Assembly (NCBI GenBank): GCA_964016885.1
Contig: OZ024750.1
Location: 33,604,001-33,668,000 of the forward strand
Direction: 5' to 3'
Length of the DNA: 64,000 nucleotides
DNA from: Eledone cirrhosa
Taxonomy: Eukaryota
The position numbers and the translations under genes are program-made. The notes under the pieces are model-generated. The model was not told the DNA's origin and made no database searches. It saw only the letters and a list, made by a program, of their open reading frames with translations. Below are positions 51,896 through 64,000 of this stretch, in pieces. The number at the start of each line of letters is the position of its first letter. Position 1 is the first letter of the stretch.

Positions 51896-52119
51896 ACACT
51901 CTTGTGTATCTTTCTATTTTTTTTTTTACTTCTCATAATGAAGAACTAACTAACATGTGAAATGTTAAGACACTTTTCCTACTTTATCAAACGTTAAACT
52001 AATATATATGTTCATTGTACTGTATCATTTCCCTGTGTTGTTTATTTGTTTACTTTTTGCATATATATATATGTGTGTGAGTGTACATATATATATATAT
52101 TTCAAGAGGTGGCACATTA

Positions 52120-52420
52120 AATGGACTGTTCTACAGCCACAGGGGTGATTTATATGTTGGACTGTTCCACTTTCAAAGAGGAGTATTTATAAGCTGGACT
52201 GTTCTACTTCTGCAGGCGTATATTTATTAATTGGACTCTTCCATTTTCACAGAAATGGTTTATAAGTTAGACTGTTCCACTTCCATACTGGATTGTTCCA
52301 CTTTCATAGAAGGGTTTATAAGTTGGACTGATCCTCTTATATGGTAGTGTATTTATATACTGGACTGGTCCACTTTCACAGAGGGGTGTTTATAAGTTGG
52401 ACTGTTCCACTTTCACAGAA
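52120..52420. repeat. ~37-nt minisatellite TTTATAAGTTGGACTGTTCCACTTTCAC...
   Basis: About 8 imperfect copies. Confidence 0.85.
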
Positions 52421-53024
52421 CTTCATAGTAAGAACTACTCTTACCATTTTAATGTCAGCCGTGTTCTAGAAGATGGCATATTTCTTCCCCTCCAGTAATA
52501 TCTAGCTTACAAGCCGCCATAAGAAAATTATTCTATGACCTGTTTACAAAGAGAGGAAGAGAGTAATTTCTCCGAATGACTAGATTTCAAGGTGAGATCT
52601 ATTGTAATGGAAAACTTTTAAACTAAGGAGTTTTTGACTCTATACATTAACCACAATCCAACTTTATACCAACTTAATTTGATAATGTACTTCATCAAAT
52701 TTTCACACAAACACTTAACAGATAAAAGCGAAAATCGAACCAAGTTTTCTAGGTGAATTTCCTTAAATTTATATGCTAGACTACACTGAATTCGGAATTG
52801 AATATTTTATAGGTGTAGTAAATAAGAAAGTTCTTTTATCCTCAATTTCAAACTGATATATGTATATGAAATTTAGTACAAAATTATCTCTTCTCGTTGA
52901 AACGTAGATAGAAAAGGTTTTGAGCTACAAAACAGAATGAGGACACAGACATAAAAAAGAAAACATATATATATGTGTTTGTGTTTGTGTGTGTATACAT
53001 TTATATATATATGGGGGGCGGGGG

Positions 53025-53055
<31 letters not shown>

Positions 53056-53140
53056 GGGGTGTATTATATATATATGTGCGTTTGTGTGTGTATACACATA
53101 TATATATATATATATGTATATATATATGTATATATATATG

Positions 53141-53227
<87 letters not shown>

Positions 53228-53644
53228 CGTTATTTCTGTGAATTTTATGATGTAGAATGTTTTTATTGAAGCCATTGACAGATTTAACAGTCAAATAAAA
53301 ACTAATCTAATGGAGAAACTGTAGAAATATTTCAAGGAAATTATTTTATTTGTGATACGAAAACAAAGAGTTGGGAGACTGAATAGAGCCATTTAGGAAA
53401 TGACAAATTTGCTAATAAAATAAAGCAATTTATAAACAATATATTGCTATGTTCTATATAGGGTCAGTTTTTTTTTTTTTTTATTGTTGGCTTCTTTTTT
53501 TTTTTTTTGTAATAAATGTAGGTTAAAGTAATAGATATTGATTATCTGGGTCTTTCTTGAGCTACTTGTCATTCTTATTTGTTGTGTGTCTTTGGTTCTA
53601 AGACTGACACCTTTATGCCAAATTAGGGCTGATATAGGTTAAAA

Positions 53645-53968
53645 CAGGGGTGTGCAATATATTCCATTGGTGGGCCACTTTTGAACATTGGAACAACTAT
53701 TAGGGCCATTAATATTTATTAAGCACTATTCCAAAGATTCACCACAACTTCTTTCCATAACGTGGGACTGGGAAATTATAACACACGTGACCCTATCAGT
53801 GAAGCCCTTTAGTATAGGTCAACTAACAGAAAATTGTATTACAGTTACAAAAAAAATCCTAAATAAGCGTACAAGGTAAAAATTAAAAATGGTCATCACG
53901 GGCCACTCTGACTGGTCTGGTCTGGTGGGCTGGATTGTGGCCTGCAGGCCACCTGTTGCACACCCCTG
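53645..53968. mobile_element. hAT-type MITE
   Basis: TIRs CAGGGGTGTGCAA / TTGCACACCCCTG; 8-bp TSD GGTTAAAA/GGTTAAAG; inserted in a ~120-140-bp tandem repeat (53517-54212). Confidence 0.9.
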
Positions 53969-54304
53969 GGTTAAAGCAACAGGTATTAGCTATTTGATTC
54001 TTTTCTAAGCTAGTCACCATTTCACTTTTTGTGTCTTTGGTTTTAAGACTGACACCTTCATGCCAAATTAGAAGAAGGGCTGAAGGTAAGAATTTCCATT
54101 ATGTAGGTTAATGCACCAGTTACTGACTATCTGGTTCTTTGCTGAGCTAGTCACCATTCCTACCTTCTTGTGACTTTGGGTCTCAGACTGACACCTTCAT
54201 ACCAAATTAGAATGAGAAAAGCATGCCAGAAGGAGCCCTTACTTTTAGCCCATTAAATATGGACAAGAAATAAGGATCTTTATGACTTTAAGATGATTAA
54301 ACGA

Positions 54305-54455
54305 CGCCAATGCATTACTGATACTTTATTTTATCGACCTCGTAGGGATGAAAGGCAAAGCTAACCTTGGCAGGATTTGAACTCAGATTGTAAAGGGATG
54401 TAACCCTATGCCACAAAGCATGGTGTCCGATGCTCTACCGATTACAGCCAATCGA
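54305..54455 (-). mobile_element. SINE family 1
   Basis: SINE core in reverse. Confidence 0.85.
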
Positions 54456-54695
54456 CTGCTCTGAGATTAGCTAATATATTTAAATAAATTTCAATAATGA
54501 TATTAGTTGAGAAAGACTCAGTAGAGATCCTTGAGACAATAGAAGTATCTCTCTCTCTCTCGCTCTCTCTCTCGCTCTCTCACACATCTACACATCCTCT
54601 CTCTCTCACACATGTACACATCCTCTCTCTCTCACATCTATACATCCTCTATCTCTCTCTCACACATCTACACATACTCACTCTCTCTCACCCCC

Positions 54696-54727
<32 letters not shown>

Positions 54728-55034
54728 TTCTCTTGTTCCAACCTAAAAGAAAAAAAGTAATCTTGAGCTGTACAAAAAGAAAAATCAATATTTTTGAAGA
54801 AATCAATCAGTTCCAATTCCAATCCTTGATTATTTAACAATAATCAAAGAAGATGATATTTCAAATAATATTCCAATATTCCAAGACAATTCTTCTTTAT
54901 GATAAGTTTAACAAGAGAACTATACCAATTCTTAGTTTCCTCTCAAACAACAATCTACCATCATCAAACATTTGATTGTGTTGAAGAAATAAAATACAAA
55001 TATATCATTTAGAAAATTACACCATTTAAACCGG

Positions 55035-56310
55035 TGAAGGTACATGGCTTAGTGGTTAGAGCGTTGGGCTTGTAACCTAAAGGTTATGAGTTCGATTCTC
55101 AGACCAGGGGATGCATTGTGTCCTTGAGCAAGACACTATTTCATGTTGTTCCAGTTTATTCAGTAGAAATTAGTTGCAACATCCCTGTTGACAAACTGTA
55201 TCAGCCATTACCTTTCCCTTGGACAACATCATCTCAAGTGTATATAAAGTGTATATATAGCGTATATATATATATAGGGTATATACAGTGTTTATATATT
55301 GTACAGAATGTATATATAATGTCCCTTGGACAACATCATATAAAGTGTATATAAAGTGTATATATAGCGTATATATATAGGGTATATACAGTGTTTATAT
55401 AGTGTACAGAATGTATATATAATGTATATATCACTGGTGCCAAGCTACATCGGGCATTGTCTTTCCCTTGGACAACAATATATATAGTCTATATAAAGTG
55501 AATATATATATAATGTATATATATATAAGGTATATACGGTATCTATAAACTGTACAGAATGTATATATAATGTATATATGAGTTACAACATCACTGGTGC
55601 CAAGCTACATCGCCCATTGTCTTTGCCTTGGACAACAATATATAGTGTGTGTATATAGTGTATATAGTGTATATATAATGTGTATATAATATATATGTAA
55701 TTTATGTATATTTTGCGATGTCACTGTAACGGCCATTACCTTTCCCTTGGACAACATCTTATAAAGTGTATATATATAGGGTATATACAATGTATATAAA
55801 GTGTATATAAAATGTATATATAGTGTATATATATATATATATATATATAGGGTATATACAGTGTATATGTACTGTACAGAATGTATATAAAGTGTTTATA
55901 AAGTGTATATATAGTGTATATATATATATATATATAGGGTATATACAGTGTATATATATATAGAGAGAGTATATACAGAATGTATATATGATGTATATAT
56001 GAGTTACAACATCACTGGTGCCAAGCTGGACAATATATATATTATATATTATATAAATAGTGTGTATATAGTATATATATAATGTATATGTAATTTATAT
56101 ATATTTTTCAACATCACAGGCGCTGGGTTGTATCGGTCATTGCCTTTCTTTTGGGTAACATAGGTGGCATGGCGAGGAGAGACTTGGTTTCAATGGGTGA
56201 CTGCTGGTCTTACACAACCTTGCCCGGAGTTGTGCTTCAGAGAGGAACTTTCTAGGTACAAATCTGATGGTCATTAGTGACTGAACTGTGTCTTTACCCT
56301 TTACCATTTA
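55035..56310 (+). mobile_element. tRNA-derived SINE with an internally amplified segment
   Basis: Head at 55035-55150; CACTGGTGCCAAGCT..CTTTCCCTTGGACAACA repeated with TA-rich spacers; tail appears to resume near 56110. Confidence 0.65.
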
Positions 56311-56940
56311 AAACTATCCTTCAGCAGCTATTACAGAAGCTATGGTTATAGTACTGTTTAAATACTACATGGCCTACAGTATAATTGGTATTAAGTTTTA
56401 ACTAGATGTGGTGTGGGGTGGGGGGCTAGTGGAGTAGTGGAGGGGCGGTGCAAGCAACATCTATTAGATATAACATTTACCAGTTTTACTTTTTTTACTC
56501 TTTATTTTTTATTCTTTTTTTATTCTTATTTTATTTTATTTTATTTCCTTTTATTTTTATTATTTTTATTTCTTTTCCATTTTTTTTTTTGTTTCTCATT
56601 TAACTGAAATGCAACAGTAATCCTGATTAGAATTTCTCTTGGAGCCACATTACACAGATGACATATCCTCAGAAACAAATTAAATGTAATAGTTTAGATG
56701 ATTTCCTCTGAAACATTTAACTAACTGAACTGTACAATTTATTTGAATAGACACAGAATTGGTTGACCTTTGTAAGTTGTTCTGTAGATGCAGTCTTTGG
56801 ATTAGCAATCAGACAAGCCATGTTGTTCTTAATACTAGCATTAATATTGATAGGAAATTGTTGTTGTACAAATATAATTCTATAGTTAATCATTTCCAGA
56901 TATATATTCCATTTCTTTAACAGTCACAGAGCAAGAATAC

Positions 56941-57475
56941 ATTCCAATATGACTCCATGTTTGAGTCATAGCTCAGTACACATTACAATATGACTCCATG
57001 TTTGAGTCATAGCTCAGTACACATTACAATATGACTCCATGTTTGAGTCATAGCTCAGTACACATTACAATATGACTCCATGTTTGAGTCATAGCTCAGT
57101 ACACATTACAATATGACTCCATGTTTGAGTCATAGCTCAGTACACATTCCAATATGACTCCATGTTTGAGTCATAGCTCAGTACACATTCCAATATGACT
57201 CCGTGTTTGAGTCATAGCTCAGTACACATTCCAATATGACTCCGTGTTTGAGTCATAGCTCAGTACACATTCCAATATGACTCCGTGTTTGAGTCATAGC
57301 TCAGTAGACATTCCAATATGACTCCGTGTTTGAGTCATAGCTCAGTACACATTCCAATATGACTCCGTGTTTGAGTCATAGCTCAGTACACATTCCAATA
57401 TGACTCCATGTTTGAGTCATAGCTCAGTACACACTCCAATATGACTCCATGTTTGAGCCATAGCTCAGTACATTA
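56941..57475. repeat. 41-nt minisatellite, ~13 copies, with an internal hairpin
   Basis: ATTCCAATATGACTCCRTGTTTGAGTCATAGCTCAGTACAC; TATGACTC/GAGTCATA stem. Confidence 0.95.
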
Positions 57476-57882
57476 CAAGCTGTCTCATCAGAAAAATATC
57501 TCATCCTAAGATGGTGTTGTTGGTATATATTGGATAAATATTTATGTATACATATAGGCATATATTTATATATACATGCATACAGACATAAATTTATATA
57601 TACAGACATCCAGACGCATATAGGCATGTGGCTGAGTGGTCAGAGAATTGGTCTCTCAATCATGAGGTTGTGAGTTCGATTCCAGGACCGTGCAATGCAT
57701 TATGTCCTTGGGCAAGACACTTTATTTCACGTTGTTCCTTCTACCTGGAGTTGCAACTGATAGATAGTATTAACAATTGGAAGGACTAATGGGAACATTG
57801 TTTCCTCGGTCCGATTTGATGAAAGTCAATCGACTGTCGATATATATATATATTTCTATATATGTGTGTATTTATATAGTTT

Positions 57883-58587
57883 GAGAGACAGAGATAGAAA
57901 GTTTGAGTGAGTGAGAGAGAGTTTCTGACAGACAGAGACTGAGAGTGAGAGAGAAAGTGACAGATACACCTTCAGAGAGAGAGGGGGGACAGACACAGAG
58001 AGATAGACAGACAGATAGAGAGGCGGAGAGGCAGAGAGAGAGATAGACAGACAGGTAGATAGAGAGAGGGACAGAGAGAGATATAGACAGACAGAGAAAT
58101 AGAGAGAGAGGGACAGAGACAAAGATAAAGAGAGAGAGAGACAAAAAGGAAGAGAGAAAGAGAGTAGAAGAGCGAGAGAGAGACAAAAAGGAAGAGAGAG
58201 ATAGTAGAAGAGAGAGAGAGAGACAAAAAGGAAGAGAGAACGAGTAAGAGGAGAGAGAGGGGAGAGTAGAAGAGAGTGGGAGATAGGAGAGAGAGAGTGA
58301 GACAGTAGAAAAAGTGAGAGAGAGACAAAAAGGCAGAGAGAGAACGAGTAAGAGGGAAGAGAGAGAGAGAGAGTAGAAGAGAGCAAGAGAGAGAATAGAA
58401 AAGAGAGAGAGGAGAGTGGAAGAGAGTGAAAGAGAGACAGAAAGGCAGCAAGAGAGATGGATGTGAGAGAGAGTGTGAGAGAGAGAGGAGTAGAAGAGCG
58501 TGAGAGAGAGAGAGTAGAAGAGAGTGAAAAAGACAGAAAGGCAGCGAGAGAGAGTGGAAGTGAGAGAGAGAGAGAGAAAGAGGAGAG
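57883..58587. repeat. (GA)-rich microsatellite
   Basis: Directly visible. Confidence 0.93.
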
Positions 58588-59067
58588 TAAGCAGGCATTA
58601 AACTTAGTCAACAGTTTTAAGGGGAACTACTCCTGGTATGATTCCTTTCAACAACTAGAAATAATTATTATTGATTTAATTTCTATTTAATTGATGACAC
58701 TATCAAATAGATTAATTCTTCACATCATATTATTTGATAAATGATCAGAAAACTGGTGAAAAATCGATAATTCAACTGTTAATTAGTTATTCTTATCTAT
58801 TTTCCAAGATAATGACAAAGTAACTAAGAATATATTTTTTTGTATTAACTAATTGTTTTTTTTTTAATTTAAATTTATGAAATAGATTGTTTTTGTATAT
58901 TTTTGACACAATGATTTATATATATGTATATGTATGTGATGTATATGTGATGTGTATGTGATGTGTATGTATATATATATATATATAGATAGATAGATAG
59001 ATAGATAGATGTATATATATATAGTGAAAGAATGAAGAGTAACATGGTTGGCTGTACAATATTTCAA

Positions 59068-59119
<52 letters not shown>

Positions 59120-59731
59120 ACACATATTAATATATATATATATATACACATATTAATATATATATATATATATATCATATCGTATCATATCATATTCATT
59201 TCGTTGATTATTTTTTAAATGCTAATAACTTGTTTTTTCCTAACACTGGTGTTATTGTATGCTCCTGCTTTTACTTAAGAAAGAAAAGAAAAAAAATCGA
59301 ATATCAAAGCATTTATTTTATCGATTATATTTTCCTTGTTATGTTGTCTTCTTTTTTTTTTTAGCTATATAGTCCTAAGGGAGGTAACTCCGCATCTACA
59401 ATGAAAATGAAATGAGTGAAGATTATAAATGTAGCTTAATTTGAATATATAGCGTTTATATTGAGATTATTTTAATGAAATATTTATAAAATTAAATAGC
59501 GTTGCATAATTTAAATGGAGATAAAATTCGTAAAATAGGTAAATTAAATTGATACGTCAGGCTAAACTACGTCTTTCCATGGCACCCGAATAGAAACTGT
59601 TGTATAGATTTTTACAGATTTATTTATTATTTATTACTGTACACATGATTTTTAATGTTTTTTTTTTTCTTATGAAACTGGTTAGCTATATAGAGAGATT
59701 GATAAAGTGTTGTGACACAAGCAGCTATATA

Positions 59732-59804
<73 letters not shown>

Positions 59805-59954
59805 AAAAATTGAACGGGAACAAAACAGAGAGGCAGTACGAACAAAAGTTTATTAGTTTCACGCTCTTGGGAGTGGGGTGGTGGTGGTGGGGAACGACGT
59901 TGCGGGCATAAGCCCTTCTTCAGGTGAAAAGTGTGTATATATAAATATACATGG

Positions 59955-60148
59955 TAATAATTGTTTCTACTTTAGGCACAAGGCAGGCAATTATCCAGTA
60001 CATTACTGGTACTTTATTTTATCGACCCCCATAAGGATGAAAGGCAAAGTTAACCTCGACGGGATTTGAACTCAGAATGGCAAGGGCCGTAACTCTATGC
60101 GTCAAAGCATGGTGTCCGACCCTCTACCGATACTGCCAATCCACTGCC
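59955..60148 (-). mobile_element. SINE family 1, full length
   Basis: SINE core and head in reverse. Confidence 0.9.
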
Positions 60149-60210
60149 CTATACATAGTAATAATAAATGTGAAGACTAAAATCCAAAGAGGGTAAGGAT
60201 TATATACAAG

Positions 60211-60245
<35 letters not shown>

Positions 60246-60254
60246 ATGTGTGTA

Positions 60255-60541
60255 TCATCATCATTTTATTTTACGTCCGCTTTTCCCTGCTTGCAAGGGT
60301 GGGACGGGAACTGATTCTGGCTTGATTTCTACAGCTGGATGCCCATCCTAACACCAACCTCATTTACAGTGAGTGCTGGGTGCTTTTTTGCCGTGGCACC
60401 TCCACGTCCACTTTACAGTGGAAAGATAGGGACCCCAGTCCCTGTCATCTCATTTCTACAGCTGAGTAAACTGGAGCAATGTGAAATAAAGTGTCTTGCT
60501 CAAGGAAACAACACATCACCCGGTCTGAGAATTGAACTCAC
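60255..60541 (-). mobile_element. SINE family 2, 5'-truncated
   Basis: Reverse complement of ~49070-49350. Confidence 0.9.
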
Positions 60542-61144
60542 ATATATATATATATATATTATATATGTATGTATGTATAAAAAAAACCTGTTGAGCAAAT
60601 ATTTTTTATATGTACAGATTAAAGTTTAAGCAAAGAATCGCTGCTTTCACCCTATCTTCAGAAGATCCCGTAATAGAGTGAAAGCAGCGATTCTTTGCTG
60701 TACATATAATAAATATATATATATATATATATATTATTTCTCATCCTTTCTTCTGATGAAGGACTAGCCTCCAAAACGATAAGACCCTCTTCCTGCTATA
60801 TCAAGCGTTAACCTAATATATACCTTCATATCAAGCCAGATCAGTTCCTGTATGAGCAAGGCATGGTCAGCCGACCAGACACTGCCCACAACAGGACAAC
60901 CCGTCTAACCCATGCTAGCGTGGAAGAACGGACGTAAAACGGTGATGATGATGATGATGATGATATACTGTACCGATTGTGTTGTTATTTCTGTTTACCT
61001 TTATTTACATATATATATATATAGATAGATAGATAGATAGATAGAGATATAGATACTCTTTTACTCTTTTACCTGTTTCAGCCATCCGGCTGAGGCCATG
61101 CAATATATATTAATAAATGGAAACTATATTTATAAAACCATAAT

Positions 61145-61211
61145 TATTTTATTATATATATATTTCAAGGGCAACCAAGGCAGTCTTAGTGTGCTTTCAT
61201 CAGATAAAATA
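61145..61211 (-). ncRNA. Type I hammerhead ribozyme motif (family A, copy 3)
   Basis: Minus strand TATTTTAT-CTGATGA-AAGCACACTAAG...CTTGGTTGCCCTT-GAAA-TATATAT-ATA-ATAAAATA; the family tail follows on the plus strand at ~61293-61365. Confidence 0.7.
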
Positions 61212-61384
61212 CAAAATTTGTTTTATCAATAGTGACATAACCATGGAAAACAACTTTGACGGTTGAAAATTCGCTGCATTACACCAGTAATAAGTTGAGT
61301 GCTCTATATCAGTTATAAACTTTTAAGTTTGTTGGAATCCCAACAAATTAAATATAACTTCTGCATATATATATATTTATTTAT

Positions 61385-61677
61385 TTATTAGTTATGTAAT
61401 AAACAACATAAGATAATTATTTCATTTACCAGTGGTTTCTTGAAAGCAAACAAAATTTGCTTTCAGTCATCAGAATGAAAAAATCCTGGTGTATTTATTG
61501 ACCAATAAATACACCAGGATTTTTTCATTCTGATGACTGAAAGCAAATTTTGTTTGCTTTCAAGAAACCACTGGTAAATGAAATAATTATCTTATGTTGT
61601 TTATTACATAACTAATAAGCTCTGTAACCTACATAGAGCACTCTTTTTTCCTGGACCTTTCCAACGGAATTACTTCA

Positions 61678-61680
<3 letters not shown>
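61385..61680 (+). mobile_element. HHR family E element: perfect palindrome with 116-bp arms plus 3' tail, set in (TA)n
   Basis: Arms 61385-61500 and 61503-61618, loop AC, tail 61619-61680. Confidence 0.9.
61523..61583 (+). ncRNA. Type I hammerhead ribozyme motif (family E); identical copy on the minus strand at 61420-61480
   Basis: TTTCATT-CTGATGA-cTGAAAGCAAA(ttttg)TTTGCTTTCAa-GAAA-CCACTG-GTA-AATGAAA: 7-bp stem I, 10-bp stem II, GUA site. Confidence 0.87.
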
Positions 61681-61746
<66 letters not shown>

Positions 61747-61811
61747 CACACCTAATAACAATGACACTATATATGAACCTCAAGCATGTTTTAAATGTTT
61801 CTATGTAACAA

Positions 61812-62115
61812 AGGAGGCGGAGAATTGGCAGAGTCATTAGAACGTTGGATAGAATGTTTTGTGGTATTCATTTGGACTTTCTGCTCTCTGAGTTCAAATC
61901 CCGCCAAGTTCACCATTGCCTTTCATTCAATCGAGGGAGATAAAACAAGTACCAGTCTCGTACTGGAGTCGATTCTTCCTCTATATCTCTTTCTCGCTTT
62001 TATTCTCTCACTCACTCTATCTTTCACTGGAAGAAATCTGCTGTATTCAGGCCTGGGGAGGAGATGGGTTCCAGTAGGTTTTAAAATGACCTAGAAACAC
62101 TATATGTCAATACAG
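61812..62115 (+). mobile_element. SINE (left monomer of the dimeric SINE)
   Basis: TTGGCAGAGTCATTAG, GAGTTCAAATCCC, GGAAGAAATCTGCTG. Confidence 0.8.
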
Positions 62116-62166
62116 GGGAGGGGGGGGGGGCTGCATGTATGTGTGTATGTGTTTGAGTCTGTCTGT

Positions 62167-62213
<47 letters not shown>

Positions 62214-62641
62214 TGTGTGTGTGTGTGTTTGTGTATCTGTGTTTGTGTGTCTCTGTGTGTATGTGTGTGTGTGTGTGTGTGTCTGTGTGTATGTGTGTGC
62301 CTGTGTCTGTGTGTGTGTGTGTATGTGTGTGTTTGTATGTGTGTGTCTGTGTTTGTTTGTTTGTGTCTGTCTGTGTGTGTGTGTGGTGACATGCTATACT
62401 AAAGAAAACTTGCCCTACCCAAAAGGTGAGACCAAACAAACATATAGAGGATGGCCTCTGTCCTAGATGATCTAACTAGCAGTGGAATAGATTACACTAA
62501 GGCATTAAATGTATAGTAGCTAGAATAACAACAGGATGGGGAAATGTTCAAAGAGCCACTACCTCTGTTGGTAACAAAAGATTTCTTTCTATTAACAAAG
62601 GCTGGCTGTATGAATGAGATATGATAAGGGTTATTTTTCTA

Positions 62642-63497
62642 GTGGACAAGTGTACCACCATGCATTTTGGGAGGAAAAATCCAGTGTCCACATACTCCCC
62701 CCACAACACTGATATCAAGAAGTCCTCTTGTGAACGTGACCTAGGCATTACTGTCAGCAGCGATTTGCGTTGGACAAATCATGTCTCTAAGATTGTCAAG
62801 AAGGCCGAGGGTGTCTTGGCATCACTCAGCAAGACCTCTGTTAGCCGCTCTCCAGCCATCTATTTAAAACTGTATACGGCTATGGTACGACCACATTTGG
62901 AATTCGCATCATCAGTCTGGAACCCCTATCTTGCTCAGAACATTGACCTCCTGGAAACTGTTCAGGGACGTGCAACCAAGCGCATACCCTCCATCAGACA
63001 CCTACCATACTCTGAACGCCTTGCTTCCCTGAGCATGGATTCATTGAAGCTCCAACGTCTGGCAATGGACTTGGTAAACACCCACAAAGTTATTAACCAT
63101 CTTGCCAACAACAACCCTGAGCACCTTTTTAATCTCCATGTATCTAACACACGTGGACATGCCTACAAAGTCAGAAAACAGCACAGCTCCTATGACTTTC
63201 GGAAACATTTTTTCACGCTTAGAGTTGCTGAAGCATGGAACAAACTGCCTGCATCAGTTGTTCGCTGTCCAGACACTGCATCCTTTGAAACCCTCATACT
63301 TCCCGAAATTCGCCAAAACTACACCTGATGTCCCCCTTCCATACACATGCACACATGTGTATATCATGACTCATGCATTGTTCATTTTCCTGACGTTTGT
63401 ACATTACCATATGTACTATACATACACTTTTGATGAGTTGTAGTGCACCTGAGCACTGTATACAATATTTTCATTATTATCATTATTTTCATTATTA
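62642..63497 (+). pseudogene. CR1-clade LINE 3' fragment (ORF2 C-terminus to 63328, UTR, repeat tail)
   Basis: KCTTMHFG, ERDLGITVSSDLRW..H, LYTAMVRPHLEFASSVWNP, RGH, RKHFFTLRVAEAWNKLP; tail (TTCATTAT)n. Confidence 0.93.
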
Positions 63498-63586
63498 TAT
63501 ATATATACACATACAAAAAACATACATATATATATTATCACTAGGGCGGTGGATTGGCAGTATAGGTAGAGGGTCGGATGCCATGC

Positions 63587-63802
63587 TATAAAAATGGCTT
63601 CTACAGGATTAGAACTGTTTCATTCAAAAGAAATCATCTTTCAAATGAAACAGTTCTAGTCCTGAAGAAGCCATTTCTATACTAAATCTTATATATATAT
63701 ATATATATATAATGTATATATATATATATATATATATTATCAGACATTCTTGATGATTTCATACAAATGAAACAGTTCTAGTCCTGTAGAAGTCATTTCT
63801 AT
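63587..63802. repeat. Fold-back with 38-bp arms plus a second copy of one arm
   Basis: Arms 63587-63624 and 63644-63681; the right arm recurs at ~63765-63802 after (TA)n. Confidence 0.85.
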
Positions 63803-64000
63803 TCTATATAAAATAAACATGATTCTTCTCTATTAGCATATCGAGTACCTTAATTAACTGTAGTTTCTTTCTGATCCCCTTTGGGAATCCTTCCTTGCAT
63901 TAAAAGATGTCTGCCTATATGTCAGCTCATTGATGGTCAGGGATACTTCTAGTAGTTGCACCGACTATGTGGTGTGTGTATGGACAATTACACAATGGGG

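Noticed and set aside
56941-57475. CRISPR-like array of hairpin repeats (also 10560-11225)
   Set aside because: Units are contiguous with no unique spacers, there are no cas genes, and the context is eukaryotic

Overview
AT-rich, repeat-saturated animal DNA, probably intronic or intergenic. The SINE/LINE repertoire looks, from memory, like an octopod cephalopod; this is unverified. I find no credible host protein-coding exon: nearly every ORF in the track is a microsatellite translation or a transposon remnant. Recognisable content is dozens of tRNA-derived SINEs, RTE, CR1-type and Tx1/L1-type LINE fragments, mariner and Tc1 transposase relics, hAT, piggyBac-like and Helitron non-autonomous elements, and many micro- and minisatellites. 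The main signal is a set of short non-coding elements sitting in (TA)n tracts that carry minimal type I hammerhead ribozyme (HHR) motifs (CUGANGA...GAAA...UH). They belong to at least five unrelated sequence families. Several are arranged as long fold-back palindromes (116-197 bp arms), and one is a 168-nt tandem, highly structured unit resembling a retrozyme or a Penelope-like element (PLE) pseudo-LTR. Stem II covaries between copies of one family, three families share a C-C mismatch at stem II position 4, and two fold-backs pivot exactly on the HHR-type core. All folds were read by eye, and the boundaries of degenerate repeats are approximate.
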